From Piromyces finnis finn (Eukaryota; Fungi; Neocallimastigomycota), in contig MCFH01000013.1 in the NCBI GenBank assembly GCA_002104945.1, positions 806,001 to 870,000 of the forward strand: 64,000 nt of DNA, written 5' to 3'. Position 1 is the first letter of the stretch. The number at the start of each line of letters is the position of its first letter. The notes beneath the pieces were generated by a model that was not told where the DNA came from, made no database searches, and saw only the letters and a program-made list of their open reading frames with translations. Positions 44,340 to 58,100 of this stretch are shown here, piece after piece. The translations under genes were made by a program, and so were the position numbers.

Positions 44340-46109
44340 ATGAATAATAACGAAAATAGAAATAATAATAATAATAATAATAATAATATATATTCAAATC
44401 AAAATGAAGCCTCAACGTCAACAAGTGAGGAAGATCCAAAACTTAAACAAGAGTTGGATGAATATATAAGGAATCAAAAAGAACTTTTGTCTAGTCCAAT
44501 GGACGACATAAGTCAAGAAGAATATTCAAAAATTTTAAAAGAATATAGAGCCCTTTTTAATTTGTATCGGCAAAAACAAATAACACCAGAACAAAAAATA
44601 ACCCTCAATGAACATCATCAAATACTTGTTAAATATCAATATCAGCATTTAAATCCAGAACAACAACAGAACTACTTGCTTCAACAACGTGAACAAGCAA
44701 AAATAAGAAAAATAAAAGAACAACAACAAAAGAAAAAAGATATGTATGATAATCTACGTTATTATGCCAAAGAAATAAGTTCAATTATTCGACCAGTTAT
44801 TTTATGTATTTGTTTGTCGATTTTATGGGTAAAATTAACACGTCAAGTAGATACATCTCTGTAAGTTAATCAGTTTTATTTAGCATTACCTTATATATAC
44901 TCATTTTAATAATTATATATTTTCCATTAATGGCATAATAATATTAATATTATAATAATGATTTACTTTAATGATACAAATATAAAATAGAATTACATCA
45001 ACAGATATTGATATTATTGGAGGTAGTAATTCATCAGGAAATCAAGATGGTGATGAAGCAGAAGGATTTAATTTTAAAGGATTATTAAATTCATTTTTAA
45101 ATGCAGGTTTAATTATTGGGAATATTGTTATAGCAACATTTGTTATTTTGCTTTTATTCAAATTTAATTGTTCCAAAGTAAATATTTTGTTATCTATGGA
45201 TGGATTAATATATATTTTATCAAAAATAAGATAATCAAGACTAATCTATATATTTATTTTTTTTTTTTTTTTAAATTAATTAAAATAAATATTAAAAAAA
45301 AAAAATAAATAAATAAATAATAATAAAAGGTATTGTATGGTCTATTCATGTTCACAGTATTTATGCTTATTGGCATCTTTGGATATAATTTACTTAGTAC
45401 TTTAATTTATATTTATAATATACCAATGGATTGGATAACGTTAATAATATTTATGTTTAACCTAAGTATAGTGGGAGTAATTGTCATCTTTTGGAAAGGA
45501 CCATCTAAAATTCAAGTACAAACTTTAAATTATCGATTAAATAATTTTTAATTTTTATTCCATGAAATATAATTTTTTATTAAATATTTATGTAAATTTA
45601 AACAAAATTAAAAATATAATAGCAAGGATATTTAATATTAATGAGTTCTTTAATGGCTTTTTCATTAACTGGTCTTGCTGACTGGACAACATGGATTTTA
45701 TTAGCTTTATTGGCATGTTGGGGTAATATATAATAATTCATAGCTTTCCAAAAAATGTCTAATATTATTAATAATAATTAAATTGTATTTTTTTTTTTTT
45801 TTTTTTTTTTAATAATAATATAGATTTAATTGCCGTATTATGTCCCTTTGGACCTTTAAAAATGTTAGTTGAACATTCGGATAATAATAAACAAATGATA
45901 CCTCAAGCCCTTATTTATAGTAGTACGTATTATTTTAAATAATATTATAATAATAAATTATATAGAGATTGATGATCAATAAACAAAATAAATATAAAAC
46001 AAATCGAACTTGGACAATGTATTTTATATATTTTATTTTATTAATTGTTTATTTTTATATTGTTTCTATTTTATTTTTTTTATAATTTATAACTTATAAT
46101 CAATTAAAA

Positions 46110-46158
<49 letters not shown>

Positions 46159-46815
46159 CAATGATATGGATGATGGCAAAGGATGTCAGAATTAATATTG
46201 ATGGAAATTCTAAAAATAAAGATGATGGAGAAATTTATGAATTAAATGAGTTAAAACAAGTTTCTAGTATTCAAATAGATGAATCTGAAGCCTCTTCCCA
46301 AGGAAGCACCCAAGAACTCATTGACTCTAATCAAAGTAAAATTTGAATATGAATTTCATAGAAATAAATATTATTTATTTATTTAATAATAAATTAATCA
46401 TTTTACTTTATTTTTTAATAATAATATCTAAATGACATTAATAATTACTAAATATATAAAAAAAAAAAAATAGGAAATAGTTATAAAGAAGATTACAAAA
46501 TAAATATAAAAGACAATACAATAAGAGAAGTTAATGAGGACGATCAACAAGAAGAAAAAATTAGTTATAATAAGCAAAAGGCAAAGCAAGATGATGATGA
46601 TGATGATATTGATAATGACGATACATCAGAGAAACAGAGTCTAACAAACAGAAAAAATAGTATTAAACATAATAGTGAACAACAAGATGGCATTAGAGAA
46701 GAAGAAGAGAGTAATAAAGATGAAGGAGAAGATGAAGGTCTAAAACTTGGTTTAGGTGACTTTGTATTTTATAGTGTATTAATTGCTAGAGCAGGTAAAT
46801 ATAATGTTAAAATAA

Positions 46816-46847
<32 letters not shown>

Positions 46848-47186
46848 TGATTAATAATAATAATAATAATTTTTTGTTTTCTCGATAATTATGAAATTAT
46901 TATATCATTATTAGCTATGCATGATTGGATTACAACATTTGCATGTGCTATAGCAGTTTTATTTGGTTTAACTGTAACCATCTTTTTACTATCTATTTAT
47001 CAAAAAGCTTTACCAGCTCTACCTATTTCAATTGTATTTGGTATAATCTTTTATGTAATTAGTTCCTTTATGTTGGGTTCATTAATGGAATATCTTACCC
47101 GTATTCCAGTTGTAGAAAATAATATGAAAAACTATTCTGATTTAAAGCTCGACTATAATAATGGTTGTTCCTTTGTATATTTATAA
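44340..47186 (+). CDS. PSEN: Presenilin (GxGD intramembrane aspartyl protease, gamma-secretase catalytic subunit), multi-exon
   Basis: [53 protein letters not shown] (first Asp), [30 protein letters not shown] (second Asp), and LPALPISI (PAL motif). Confidence 0.93.
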
Positions 47187-47356
47187 TTTTAAGGAAATAA
47201 CTCTAATTATAGTAATTATTAAAAAAAAAAAAAGTACTGAAATTTTTAATAAAGATTTTATTTTAAACTCTATAGTATTTTTAGTATTGACAAAAAAAAA
47301 TAAAAATAATTTTTCTTTTTTTTTTTTTTTTCTGATTTTACATTTATATATATATA

Positions 47357-47390
<34 letters not shown>

Positions 47391-47944
47391 ATTTGGTTAA
47401 TTGGGTTTTATAATTATGTCAACTTTATTAATATATATGTTATAAGTTCTTATATTCTGAAGCTCTTTCTTTTACATTATGTTAAATTACATGTATTTAT
47501 ATGATTTACAATTGTGGCTTATATATTAAATTATGGACAACGTGTTTCATTGTGTTTGACACGTATTACATATGTATTACATTAAATTATCCTTGTTACA
47601 CATATTCTAACAATTATTATTATTATTATTATTATCATCATCATCATCATCATCATTTCGTTTAATTCCCTTTTTATTTCTTAATTTTTTTTTTCTTATT
47701 TTTTTATATTACTATTCATATTTATTTTTCCCTCTTATATATTATAAACTAATACTACTATTTTCATTCTAAAGAATTTTATTTTTTTCTAACATTACTC
47801 AAAAAATAAAATAGAAAAAAAAAATAGAATAGAAGTTGTACATGCATATCATAATTTTATATAGAATTATACTTTAAACTTATACTTTAAACAAATAAAA
47901 ACAATATATTTTAATAATTTTATTATTATTGAATTATTATAAAA

Positions 47945-48127
<183 letters not shown>

Positions 48128-48323
48128 TCTTAATTTTCATACCAGCCATTTTAAAGTATATAAAAAAATTAACTTTATCAACCATTCAATCTGCAATAAT
48201 TCTAACATAGTAAAATAGCAATATTGTATTATAATAATAAATAAAATTAATAATTTTAAGAATAAAGAAAACTTTTATATTATTTAATAAATAATAAAAA
48301 AAAAAAGAAAATCTTCAAATAGC

Positions 48324-51211
48324 ATGGAATTAAAAAGCCATATTCAAAAAATACAAAATTCATTATTTGAATTGGATTGCCCTTTGGCTGTTCATGCAAT
48401 AGAAGAAGAACTCTATGAACCTGAACTAAAATATCAAATACTAGAATGGTTATTCGAAAAGTAATTTCAAAAAAAAAAAAAGACTATAAAACTAAAAATA
48501 ATTTTTATAATAAAAACAATAATAATAGAAATAGAAATTACTTTCGAAATCATCTTTTAAAATTTTGAAATTTCAAATCCATTTAATTTTTTTAAAAAAA
48601 AATAAAGTACAGCTATCATATTAAATATATAAATTGTATTATTTTAAATTCTTATTTATAAAAACAAAGGTATAAATTCATAAATAATGAAACCCTCGAT
48701 ATATCTATCTCGCCAACTACTACAACCACTAAAAAAAAAACTTCAAATTCTTCAAGACTTACAAGCCCTACCTCTTCTTATTCTTCCTCTCAATCTTCTT
48801 TAGAATTAAGAAGAAAAAGAGAAACTTCACCTATTTCAAGTAAATTTTAAATTTTACTTTTAAATATAATAATAATATAAATATATTCAAAATCCAATTT
48901 ATATAAATTCAAAATTCAAATTTAAAGTATTCAAAAAATGTAAAGATTAAACTAATTTTTCTTTTCTTCTATATATATGTGTAAATTAATAGAAAAAAAA
49001 GTTAATCCTTTGGATGCTAAAATTACAAGTAATTAATTTCAAAAATAATAATTTTTTTCGAAAATTGGAAATTCATATTTTAGAAAATAATAATTTTTTT
49101 CGAAAATTGGAAATTCATATTTTAGAAAATAAAATTAATATTCTTAAAATATAATATTTATTTTTAATTCAAATATATATATATATATATAAATTTCAAT
49201 GCATTAAAGATTTAGTTAATAACTGTGCAATATTAGGTTGTTGCAACATGAAAGATGCAACTCTTTTTACTGTAAATAATAATTTTTTCTCTATACAATA
49301 TATAATAATAATATAATGATATTATGATATTATGATACAAATCTATATATTAATTTATATATTTTATTTTACAAAGGAAAAAACAATAAATTCCTCGATT
49401 TTAACTATATACGAAAATTTAATTGAAATGATAAATATATCAATATATTTTGACAGTTTAGATAATAAAGAAGAAGAGAATAAAATGTAAATATCTAATA
49501 GTAATATACTATTTTTAATTGATTTATGTAATAATAAATATATATATATATTTTTTTACCTAATTAATAATAGTGATAATCCTTTAAAATATCCAAGATC
49601 TGGGTAAGTTATTTTTATATAAACTTTATTAATATATAGTTTTGTATATAAATTAATTATAATTTATTTCATCACTCCCTTTTGGCAAATAGTATAAAAG
49701 ATATAGAAGATGAAGTATCAAAAGATGTTGATTTTTTAAATGGCATATGTAATAGTAATAATTTATCTATATTATCAAATAAAAATTGTGGAAATATTTT
49801 ATCAAAGGACCTAACAGCCTTAGTTAACTTGGAAAAAAATGAAAATAAAAAAGATACAACACAAAAGTTAGTATTATCTCTCGATACAATAACTCTAATG
49901 AAAGAAATAAAAAAAAAGTTAATAATAATAAAATAATTTCATTATATTATATTAATTTTACATATGTATGCGTTAATAGGAATCAAAAAATTGATTTAGA
50001 ACCTTTAACCGAAAAAATCAAAAAATGGAATCAAGAAATAGAGAATCTTAGGCATGAACATGATATATTAAAAGCTCAAGTAAATATTAATTAACTAATA
50101 AAAAAAAAAAAAAAAAGAAAAAAAGAAACTAAATCTATTTATTTTACTAATATCAAATTTTATTTAGTATAAATATGCTGATCAAGATGAAGATGACAAT
50201 ACCCAAGTGTTACATTCTCTTTATACTTTATCTCAACATCTTGCCACTTATATTGAAAGTTTCAATCTACGATTCCCATTAGAAATTGAATCATGGATTT
50301 ATACTAATCCCAATATAAATGATCAAGTCTATTCTGCAGGTGAAAAATAATAAATCTAATATATATAAAATCACATTCTTTACAATATTTATTTCTACTT
50401 TTTTTTTTTTTTTTCTTTGTTGTTGTTGTTGTTGTTGTTGTTTTGATTTGTTTTTTCTCTTTTTATTTTTTATTGTTTATATTTCAATTGTTTTTCTATT
50501 ATATATAATAATATTAATTAATTTTACATATTTGTCTTTAACTATATACATAATCTAGAATTGGGAAATGTAATTTCTAGAATAAAAAAATTAATGAAAA
50601 CATATCATCAAATTATTGATAATATAGCAAATACTAGATCTAGCTATGAAAAGTTAATTTCTAAACCTAACACAACTATTCCACCAATATCAACAATAAA
50701 AAAAGAAACATCAATTTCAGAAGATTATATATTAGATTCTATATCCTCTTCTCTTGCATCTCCGATTTCTCCATTTTCCAATAGTTATACTTTATATCAA
50801 AGTAAAGAAAATTTAACACTTTCACACTCTTTTAATCAATTAAATAAAACTACCTTGGGCGGTCGCATTAATATTGATTCAGAAATCAAAGAAATTCAAC
50901 AAATGGAAAATGAATTACAACAATCAATAGATATTTTGATGAAATCAAAAGAACGTCGAATCAAAAATAATCCAAATTTAATGCAAATAGAACTACAATC
51001 TCTATCACAATCATCATCCCCTTCAAATTTATCGTTATCATCAATAAATACGCCAATTTCATCGAAAATCCATTCTTCTTCAAATTTAGACATTACTGAT
51101 TCAAATTCAAAAACTAAAGTTATAAATGATAATAATAATAATACATTGTCTAATACAGAAAAAGAAAATAATGATGTAATAATCATTGAGGATTCAATGG
51201 ATTTAGAATAA
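48324..51211 (+). CDS. Augmin/HAUS subunit 7-like coiled-coil protein, multi-exon
   Basis: N-terminal LFELDCPLAVHAIEEELYEPELKYQILEWLF resembles the HAUS7 N-terminus (L..L.CP....E.L..P..YR..ILEW). NCAILGCC and SKDVDFLNGIC fall in equivalent positions. Followed by a coiled coil and Ser-rich tail. The assignment comes from remembered alignment only. Confidence 0.55.
49043..49130. repeat. Perfect 42-bp tandem duplication in an intron
   Basis: CGAAAATTGGAAATTCATATTTTAGAAAA starts at 49059 and 49101. Confidence 0.9.
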
Positions 51212-51367
51212 AATAAATATTCTCTTTTAATCTTTTAATAAAGTTTTTAAATAATAATACATTGTCTAATACAGAAAAAGAAAATAATGATGTAATAATC
51301 ATTGAGGATTCAATGGATTTAGAATAAAATAAATATTCTCTTTTAATCTTTTAATAAAGTTTTTAAA
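51135..51367. repeat. 116-bp tandem duplication spanning the last codons, stop codon and proximal 3' UTR of the HAUS7-like gene
   Basis: ACATTGTCTAATACAGAAAAAG... starts at 51143 and 51259, and the copies look identical. Confidence 0.92.
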
Positions 51368-51565
51368 TAAAAAAAAAATAATAATAATTAGTCTTTTAAA
51401 AAAAGTTTTTAAATGAATAATAAAATAAATCTATTTAAAATACTTATAAAAAAAATTTTTTTATATATGGAGGTTAGATTATTAATTCTAACCCTTTAAC
51501 ATAACAATTAATAGCTGTCATTTTACTAATATTAAAATAATATGTTATTTTTATATTATTTTCTT

Positions 51566-51596
<31 letters not shown>

Positions 51597-52042
51597 AAAG
51601 AAAGAAAAGTAATATTTTATTAATAATAAAGCTTGACTTTTAAATTATATTAAAATAACTAAGTACTTTTTATATTAAAAAGAAATAACTCTATTTATTA
51701 TTAAATAGTTTAAATTGATATTTTTAGTATTATTAGAATAAATTATAGAAAGATAAATAATTTATAAATAAATCATTTATACATTTTAACTTGGTACACA
51801 TTTTTTTAAAAATTATATAAACTAAAAAAAAAAAAAAGTATAAAAAGAATTATATGCGAATAATTATTTTTTCAAGGTATTATTATACTATTTGTGACAA
51901 TCAAATTTTAATAAAAGATATTTTAATAAGTTGTTTATTTATACATACAAATATCAAAATATTTAATAACTCTCAATTTATTAATGATGTATTATTTAAA
52001 AAATTAATAATATTATAATCTAAAGTAAAATATAAAAAGTAA

Positions 52043-52720
52043 ATGAGTAGTAATAGATTAAAAATCCTCCATTGGTCAGACTATGCTTGCCCATTTTGCG
52101 TAATTGGAGATAAACGATTAAATGAAGTCTTGGAAGAATGTAATATAAAAGATAGAGTTGATTTTGAGATGAAAGCGTATCAATTAGATAAAGATGCACC
52201 AAAAAAACCACACTTAAAAATGGAAGAAGTTTTTGCTAAAAAATTTGGAATATCCATTGAAGGTGCTCGTGATCGTGTTGACAGAATTGCAGGAATAGGA
52301 AGGAATGAAGGTTTAGATATAAAATTTGCAACTGTACAATTCACTAATACCTTTGACGCACATAGACTCACCAAATATATAGCAAGTCAAGGAAAAGATG
52401 TTGAAAAATTTATTGATCTTACGTTTAAAGCTTATTTTTCTGATAATTTAAATATTGCTGATAGAAATCTTTTAATTGATATTGCCGAAAAAGCCGGAAT
52501 AGATAAAAAAGATGCATCCAAAATTTTAAAAGGTAAAGAATTTTCAGATGAAGTAAGAAAGGATGAAGAAGAAGCATCTGATAAAGGTATTCGTTCTATT
52601 CCACACTATATTGTTAATGGTAAATATGTAATATCAAGTTCTGAAAAATCTGAGATGAAATTTGTATTGGAACAAGTTTTAAAAGATGAAGCAGAAGGAA
52701 AATTAAATATAAATGAATAA
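52043..52720 (+). CDS. Intronless DsbA-family (FrnE-like) thiol-disulfide oxidoreductase, bacterial type
   Basis: LKILHWSDYACPFCVIGDKRL (CxxC), MKAYQLD, NTFDAHRL, AYFSDNLNIAD, GIRSIPHYIVNGKY (cis-Pro loop). 225 aa, no introns, no signal peptide. Confidence 0.9.
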   Translation: MSSNRLKILHWSDYACPFCVIGDKRLNEVLEECNIKDRVDFEMKAYQLDKDAPKKPHLKMEEVFAKKFGISIEGARDRVDRIAGIGRNEGLDIKFATVQFTNTFDAHRLTKYIASQGKDVEKFIDLTFKAYFSDNLNIADRNLLIDIAEKAGIDKKDASKILKGKEFSDEVRKDEEEASDKGIRSIPHYIVNGKYVISSSEKSEMKFVLEQVLKDEAEGKLNINE

Positions 52721-55188
52721 GGGATATTTTTATATGATATTACAATAAAATATATATAAATAATAACAAATTAAAAAATGTATAAAAAGAATAATTAATT
52801 AATTATTAATAAAAATTATTTTTTTAATAATGTAATATTAATTATATAATATATATGAAATATTTTCATTTAATGGTGTATAATACACCAATCCTATAAA
52901 AAATATATATATATATATATATTCTATTATAATTTTAAAATAAAAAATTATAAAAGATTTGAAATCCACACTCATAAAATTATTATTGTTATTTTCTTGT
53001 TTAATAACGTTAAAATAATATATTATCTTTTTTTTTTTATTATTATCATTATTTAAACTATAGTTATTTTTATAAAATTTTATTAATTGAACATTTTTAA
53101 ATGTGTAAAGTATAAAGGTGTAAGGGTCAAATAAATATATGTAAATAAGCTATAATAAAAGTAAAATTGAAGAGAAAAAAAAAAACGTTTTAAAATTAAT
53201 AATAAATAGATAGACGTTCATTTTAATTTTTAGAATGAAAAAGAGAAATTTTATATTTTATAGTGTTATTCTTGTAAAAGCAAAAATATTATATTTGTCT
53301 TTTATATTTTAGTAAAAGAATAATTAATATTTTTATGAAAAATATTTAAACAATAACATATTATTGGCATAGATTAAAAGATAAATAACTAAAATAATGA
53401 AAAAAGGGTGAATCTCATTAAATAGATTATTGTTTAACCTGTTATTTTTTTTAAAGATGTATAATTTTTATATATTATTTTTATAAATTATTTAATAGCA
53501 AAGATATAAATAAGAAAGGAATGAAAAAAGAAAATTATCTAAATGGTTAGGTTACAATTCAAAAAGGTTAGAGTTAGATCATTCTAATTCCAAGTGGAAT
53601 AATTCCTTTTTTAAGCAACTTTAATGGGCTTTTAGTATTACACCATTATAAAAATAGATAAATGTTGACATATATAAATTCTTTTTTTTTTTTTGAAATA
53701 GGTAATACAATATTTTAATAATATATAGGTTACATTATTTTTTCAATTAATTACATATATTATAATATATTATAATACTATAATATTAATAACATTAATA
53801 TATAAAATTTTATTAGAGCTATTTACTATTATTAGCTTATTTATCTTAATGTAATAAATTATTTTATATATTATTAATATATATTAAAATATATTATTGA
53901 AACTATTAAAAATTTTAGCCGTAGAAATCATTTATATTAAAAAAATATATAAATAATATATTTAATTAAATATATTAAACTATATAATAGATTATAGTTA
54001 AATATTATATTATAGTATAATATTTAGTAAAAAAGAATTCATTTTTTTATTATTTATTTATCATACAAATAATATAAATAAATCAAATATATTTGCAATT
54101 TAACTATATATTATATTATTATTTAATATATGGTGAATAATATCAAATATAGGTTACTTAATATTATAAATATAAATAATATATGATAATAAAATATCAA
54201 TATTCTATTTAATTTTTTAATATTGAGCTTTTGCAGTTAATATATAATATTATTAAATATACCTTTATTAATACTTTATATATTAAAATATATTTTATCA
54301 ATATATTATAAAATTATAATAATTAAACTTTTTTTTCTTTAAATTAATTCTTCTATCATTCTTTTGTATTTAATATTATTTTATATATAAAATTTTCTTT
54401 TTTTTTTAATTTTTTTTTCTCAAAACTTACACTATAAAAATTAAAGATAATTATTTAAAATAAGTAATCAAGAAGGATTGAATCTTAAAAATAATTAAAT
54501 ATTATAGTAAGAATATTCTTCTTGATTATATTACTATTTTATATAACAATTTGTATATAATCAAATCACAATAAAAATACATTAAAAGAAATTGTGAAAA
54601 AGTATATTTCACTAATTTCTTTATTTTTTTTCTCAAAAAATTATATTAGTATATTATTAAATATAAAATATTTAATTTAATTAAAAGAATGTTTTTATGT
54701 TATAGCATTCTAGATTATTAAAGATTTTATTTATTAATACAATCAAATTCTATATGAATAAACAACATTCTTTAAGATTATAACAATTATATAAATTTTT
54801 TTATAAAGGAACAAAAATAAATCAGCTATTATAAAATAGATATAGATGAAAATTATCACATAATACTTAACTATATAAATTTAATAACAATAACTATTAA
54901 GAAAAGGAAAATTTACTTATCATAACTAAAATATAAAAAGAAAATTGATATCAAAATTAAAAAAAACATAAATATATAAAATTTTTATTCATAATAACAA
55001 TAACATTTATTAAAAAAAGAATCATTTTATTATCAAAATCTATCTTTATAATTTATTTAATAATAATTTATTAAACGTGAGTATTGAAAATTTTATTTTT
55101 AAAAAGTTGGAAATTATTAAATATTTAAAAAAATATTTATAAAAGAAAAAAAAATTAAGCTATTTTTTTATAATAATAGTAATAAAAT

Positions 55189-58100
55189 ATGAAGGGTTAT
55201 ATGAAGCAATCAAATCATCTTGAAGAAGATGTTCTTGAAATTGAGAACCTCTCAGAACAAAATATTTTAGAATTCTTAAAAGCTAGACATGCACAAAAAA
55301 AATATTTTACAAATCTTGGTTCAAATGCTCTTATTTATTTGAATCCTTACAGCGAAGATGAATGTATTTCAGATAATTACAGTAAAGTTTATGTTGAAGA
55401 TTCAAGAAACTCTTCAAACGATCGTCCAAAACTTTCTTCAAGTATTTATCAACTTGTAAACTCCACTTATCTTCACATGATTCGTGAAAAAGAAGATCAA
55501 TCTATTATTATAAATGGTGAATGTTCAAGTGGAAAGACTGAAATATACAAAGCCATTGCAAAACATTTATGCTATTTAACTAGAGAAACTAAGAAAAAAA
55601 CTGTTACTCAATCTGCTATTTTAAAAATTAATAAAATCTTGGATAGTTTTGGTACTGCTACTACTTTAAATAATCCATCATCTTCTCGTTTTGGAAAGTA
55701 TATAGAATATCAATTTGATAGAACTGGTAAAATTATTGGTGCTAAATTAGTACATTATTGTTTAGAAAAGGATCGTGTTTCAAAGGTACCAGAAGATGAA
55801 CGTAATTTTAATGTATTTTATCATTTTTTAGCTAGTGCATCATCCAATGAAAAAAATACTTTTAATTTAACTGATCCAAGTGGTTTTGAATATTTATCTC
55901 AAAATCGTTATTACAAACGCTGTACTAATGATGATAACTTAGATGGTCGTGAACTTCGTTCTGCTTTAAAAGCATTTGGTATTGGTGTTCGTCAACAAGC
56001 TCAAATTTTCCAACTTCTTGCTGCTATTCTTCATTTAGGTAACATAGAGTTTGTTGATGGTCCTAAGAATGCTCATCAAGATACTTGCGATATTAAGAAT
56101 TTTGAATTAGTTGAATTTATTGCTGAATTATTAGGTGTTACTCCTGATGCTTTAGATAGTATTTTAACATATCAAACTAAATGTATTCGCTCAGACGTTT
56201 TCACTGAATATTTAGATGCTGATGCTGCTTCAAAACAAAGAGATAATCTTGCTAATACTCTTTATTCACTTATTTTTAATTGGATAATTGAAAAGATTAA
56301 CTCAAAGTTATGTTGTGATGATGAATCTGATAACTTTATTGGTGTTGTTGATCTTTTCGGTTTCCAAAATTTAAAAAATAACCAATTTGATCAATTTTTA
56401 TCAAATTATTCTACTGAAAAAATGCAATTCTTTACTAATAAATGTTTCTTTGATATTCCAGTTTTTAAATATCAAGAAGAAGGTATTTCTATTGAGACTC
56501 CACCATATACTAATAATACTAGTACTGTTAAATTGTTAGATGGTATTATCTCAGCTATGGAAGTTGAAGGAAATCAAAAGGATTGTTCAAATGTTTCATT
56601 AAGAGAAAGATTAAATAAAGAATTCTTATCTAACTACGAATATACCAGATTGAATACTGGTTTTGGTATTCGCCATTACAATACTCAAGTTTCTTATGAT
56701 TTGAATCGCTTTGTTGAAAAGAATAATGATTGCATTCAACCAGATATTATTACTTTAGTTAGAGGTGGTGCAAAAGCTAAAGCTAGTACAAATATTTTCT
56801 TAAGATCTTTATTCTCTGAAAAGGCTGTATCAGTTACTCGTCATCCAACTCAATATAATACTATTGTTAGAGCAAACAGTACTTTACCAAGACGTGCTCC
56901 ATCAGTAAAACATGCTACAGGAGAATTAATAAAAAATAGAGATAATAAAGATAACAATTGTTGTACCGTTGCTAAACAATTTAGTAATTCATTAACTACT
57001 TTATCTGAATCATTATTCAATACTCAACCATGGTTTGTTTTTTGTATAACTCCAAATTATGACTTTGTAAGTGATAATTTCGACACTAAATTAGTTTCCA
57101 AGCAATTAAGAAACTTCAACATTCCAAATATTGCTCAATTAAGATCTAAAAACAATGAAGTAAAAAGCTATCCAATTGTTGAATTCATTAATTTATATAA
57201 TGATTTAATGAGAGAAACAAATATAAAGACTGATGATCCAAAACATGCTTGTAAGGAATTAGCACATGTATTTGGATTTGAATCAAAGGATATTAACATT
57301 GGTAGAAATCAAGTATTTTTGTCAGAATATGCTTGGAGATTTTTAGAAGACGCTAGAATTGAAGGTGGTAATATTGTAGATGAAGACGAATATGAGGAAG
57401 AAGATGTTACTTATGAAGATGAAAATGAATCTGAAATGGATTCCGAATATGAAACAGCTACTCGTGAAATGGAAGAAGAAGAAGAGCAAGAAAGAGAAGC
57501 TATCGAAGCTAAGAAGCCACAAATGAAAATGAAAAAACCAATTACAGCTTCTAAAGAAATTAGTAACGGTAGAAAATGGTGGCTTTGTCTTACTTATTCT
57601 TCTACATGGTGCTATTTCCCATTCTGCTTATCTACATGTGGTAAAATGAAGAGAAAGGATGTTCAAATTGCTTGGCGTGAAAAAGTTACTATTAATATAA
57701 TTATTGTTTTCCTTTGTGCTCTTATTCTTTTCTACATTATTGGACTTGGTCGTTTAATTTGCCCATCAGTAAAACAATGGGGTTATGGTCAATTATATGG
57801 CATGGAATATAAAGGAAGAGATATGCGTGTTTCTGCTTTTGGTAAGGTCTTCAAGCTTGGTGATTTATATGATCTTTACTCTAAATATTATCCAAAATTA
57901 TATGAAAAGAAGAGAGGTCAAGATATTTCACATATTTTCAATACTATCCAGGACCCAGATATGTGGAAAGCAATGTGTCCAGGCTTCAATTTACCAACTG
58001 CTGGATTTTTCGATAACTTATCTTATGGACGTAGAAACCGTGAAGATGAAGAAGTTTGGGTTGCCAATCCAGAAGGTGCTGATACAAAGAAATGGAATAG

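Noticed and set aside
53380-53670. Slightly GC-richer patch giving ...IILIPSGIIPFLSNFNGLLVLHHY on the plus strand
   Set aside because: Short, bounded by several stops and with no recognisable family. It may be a relic but cannot be supported without a search.
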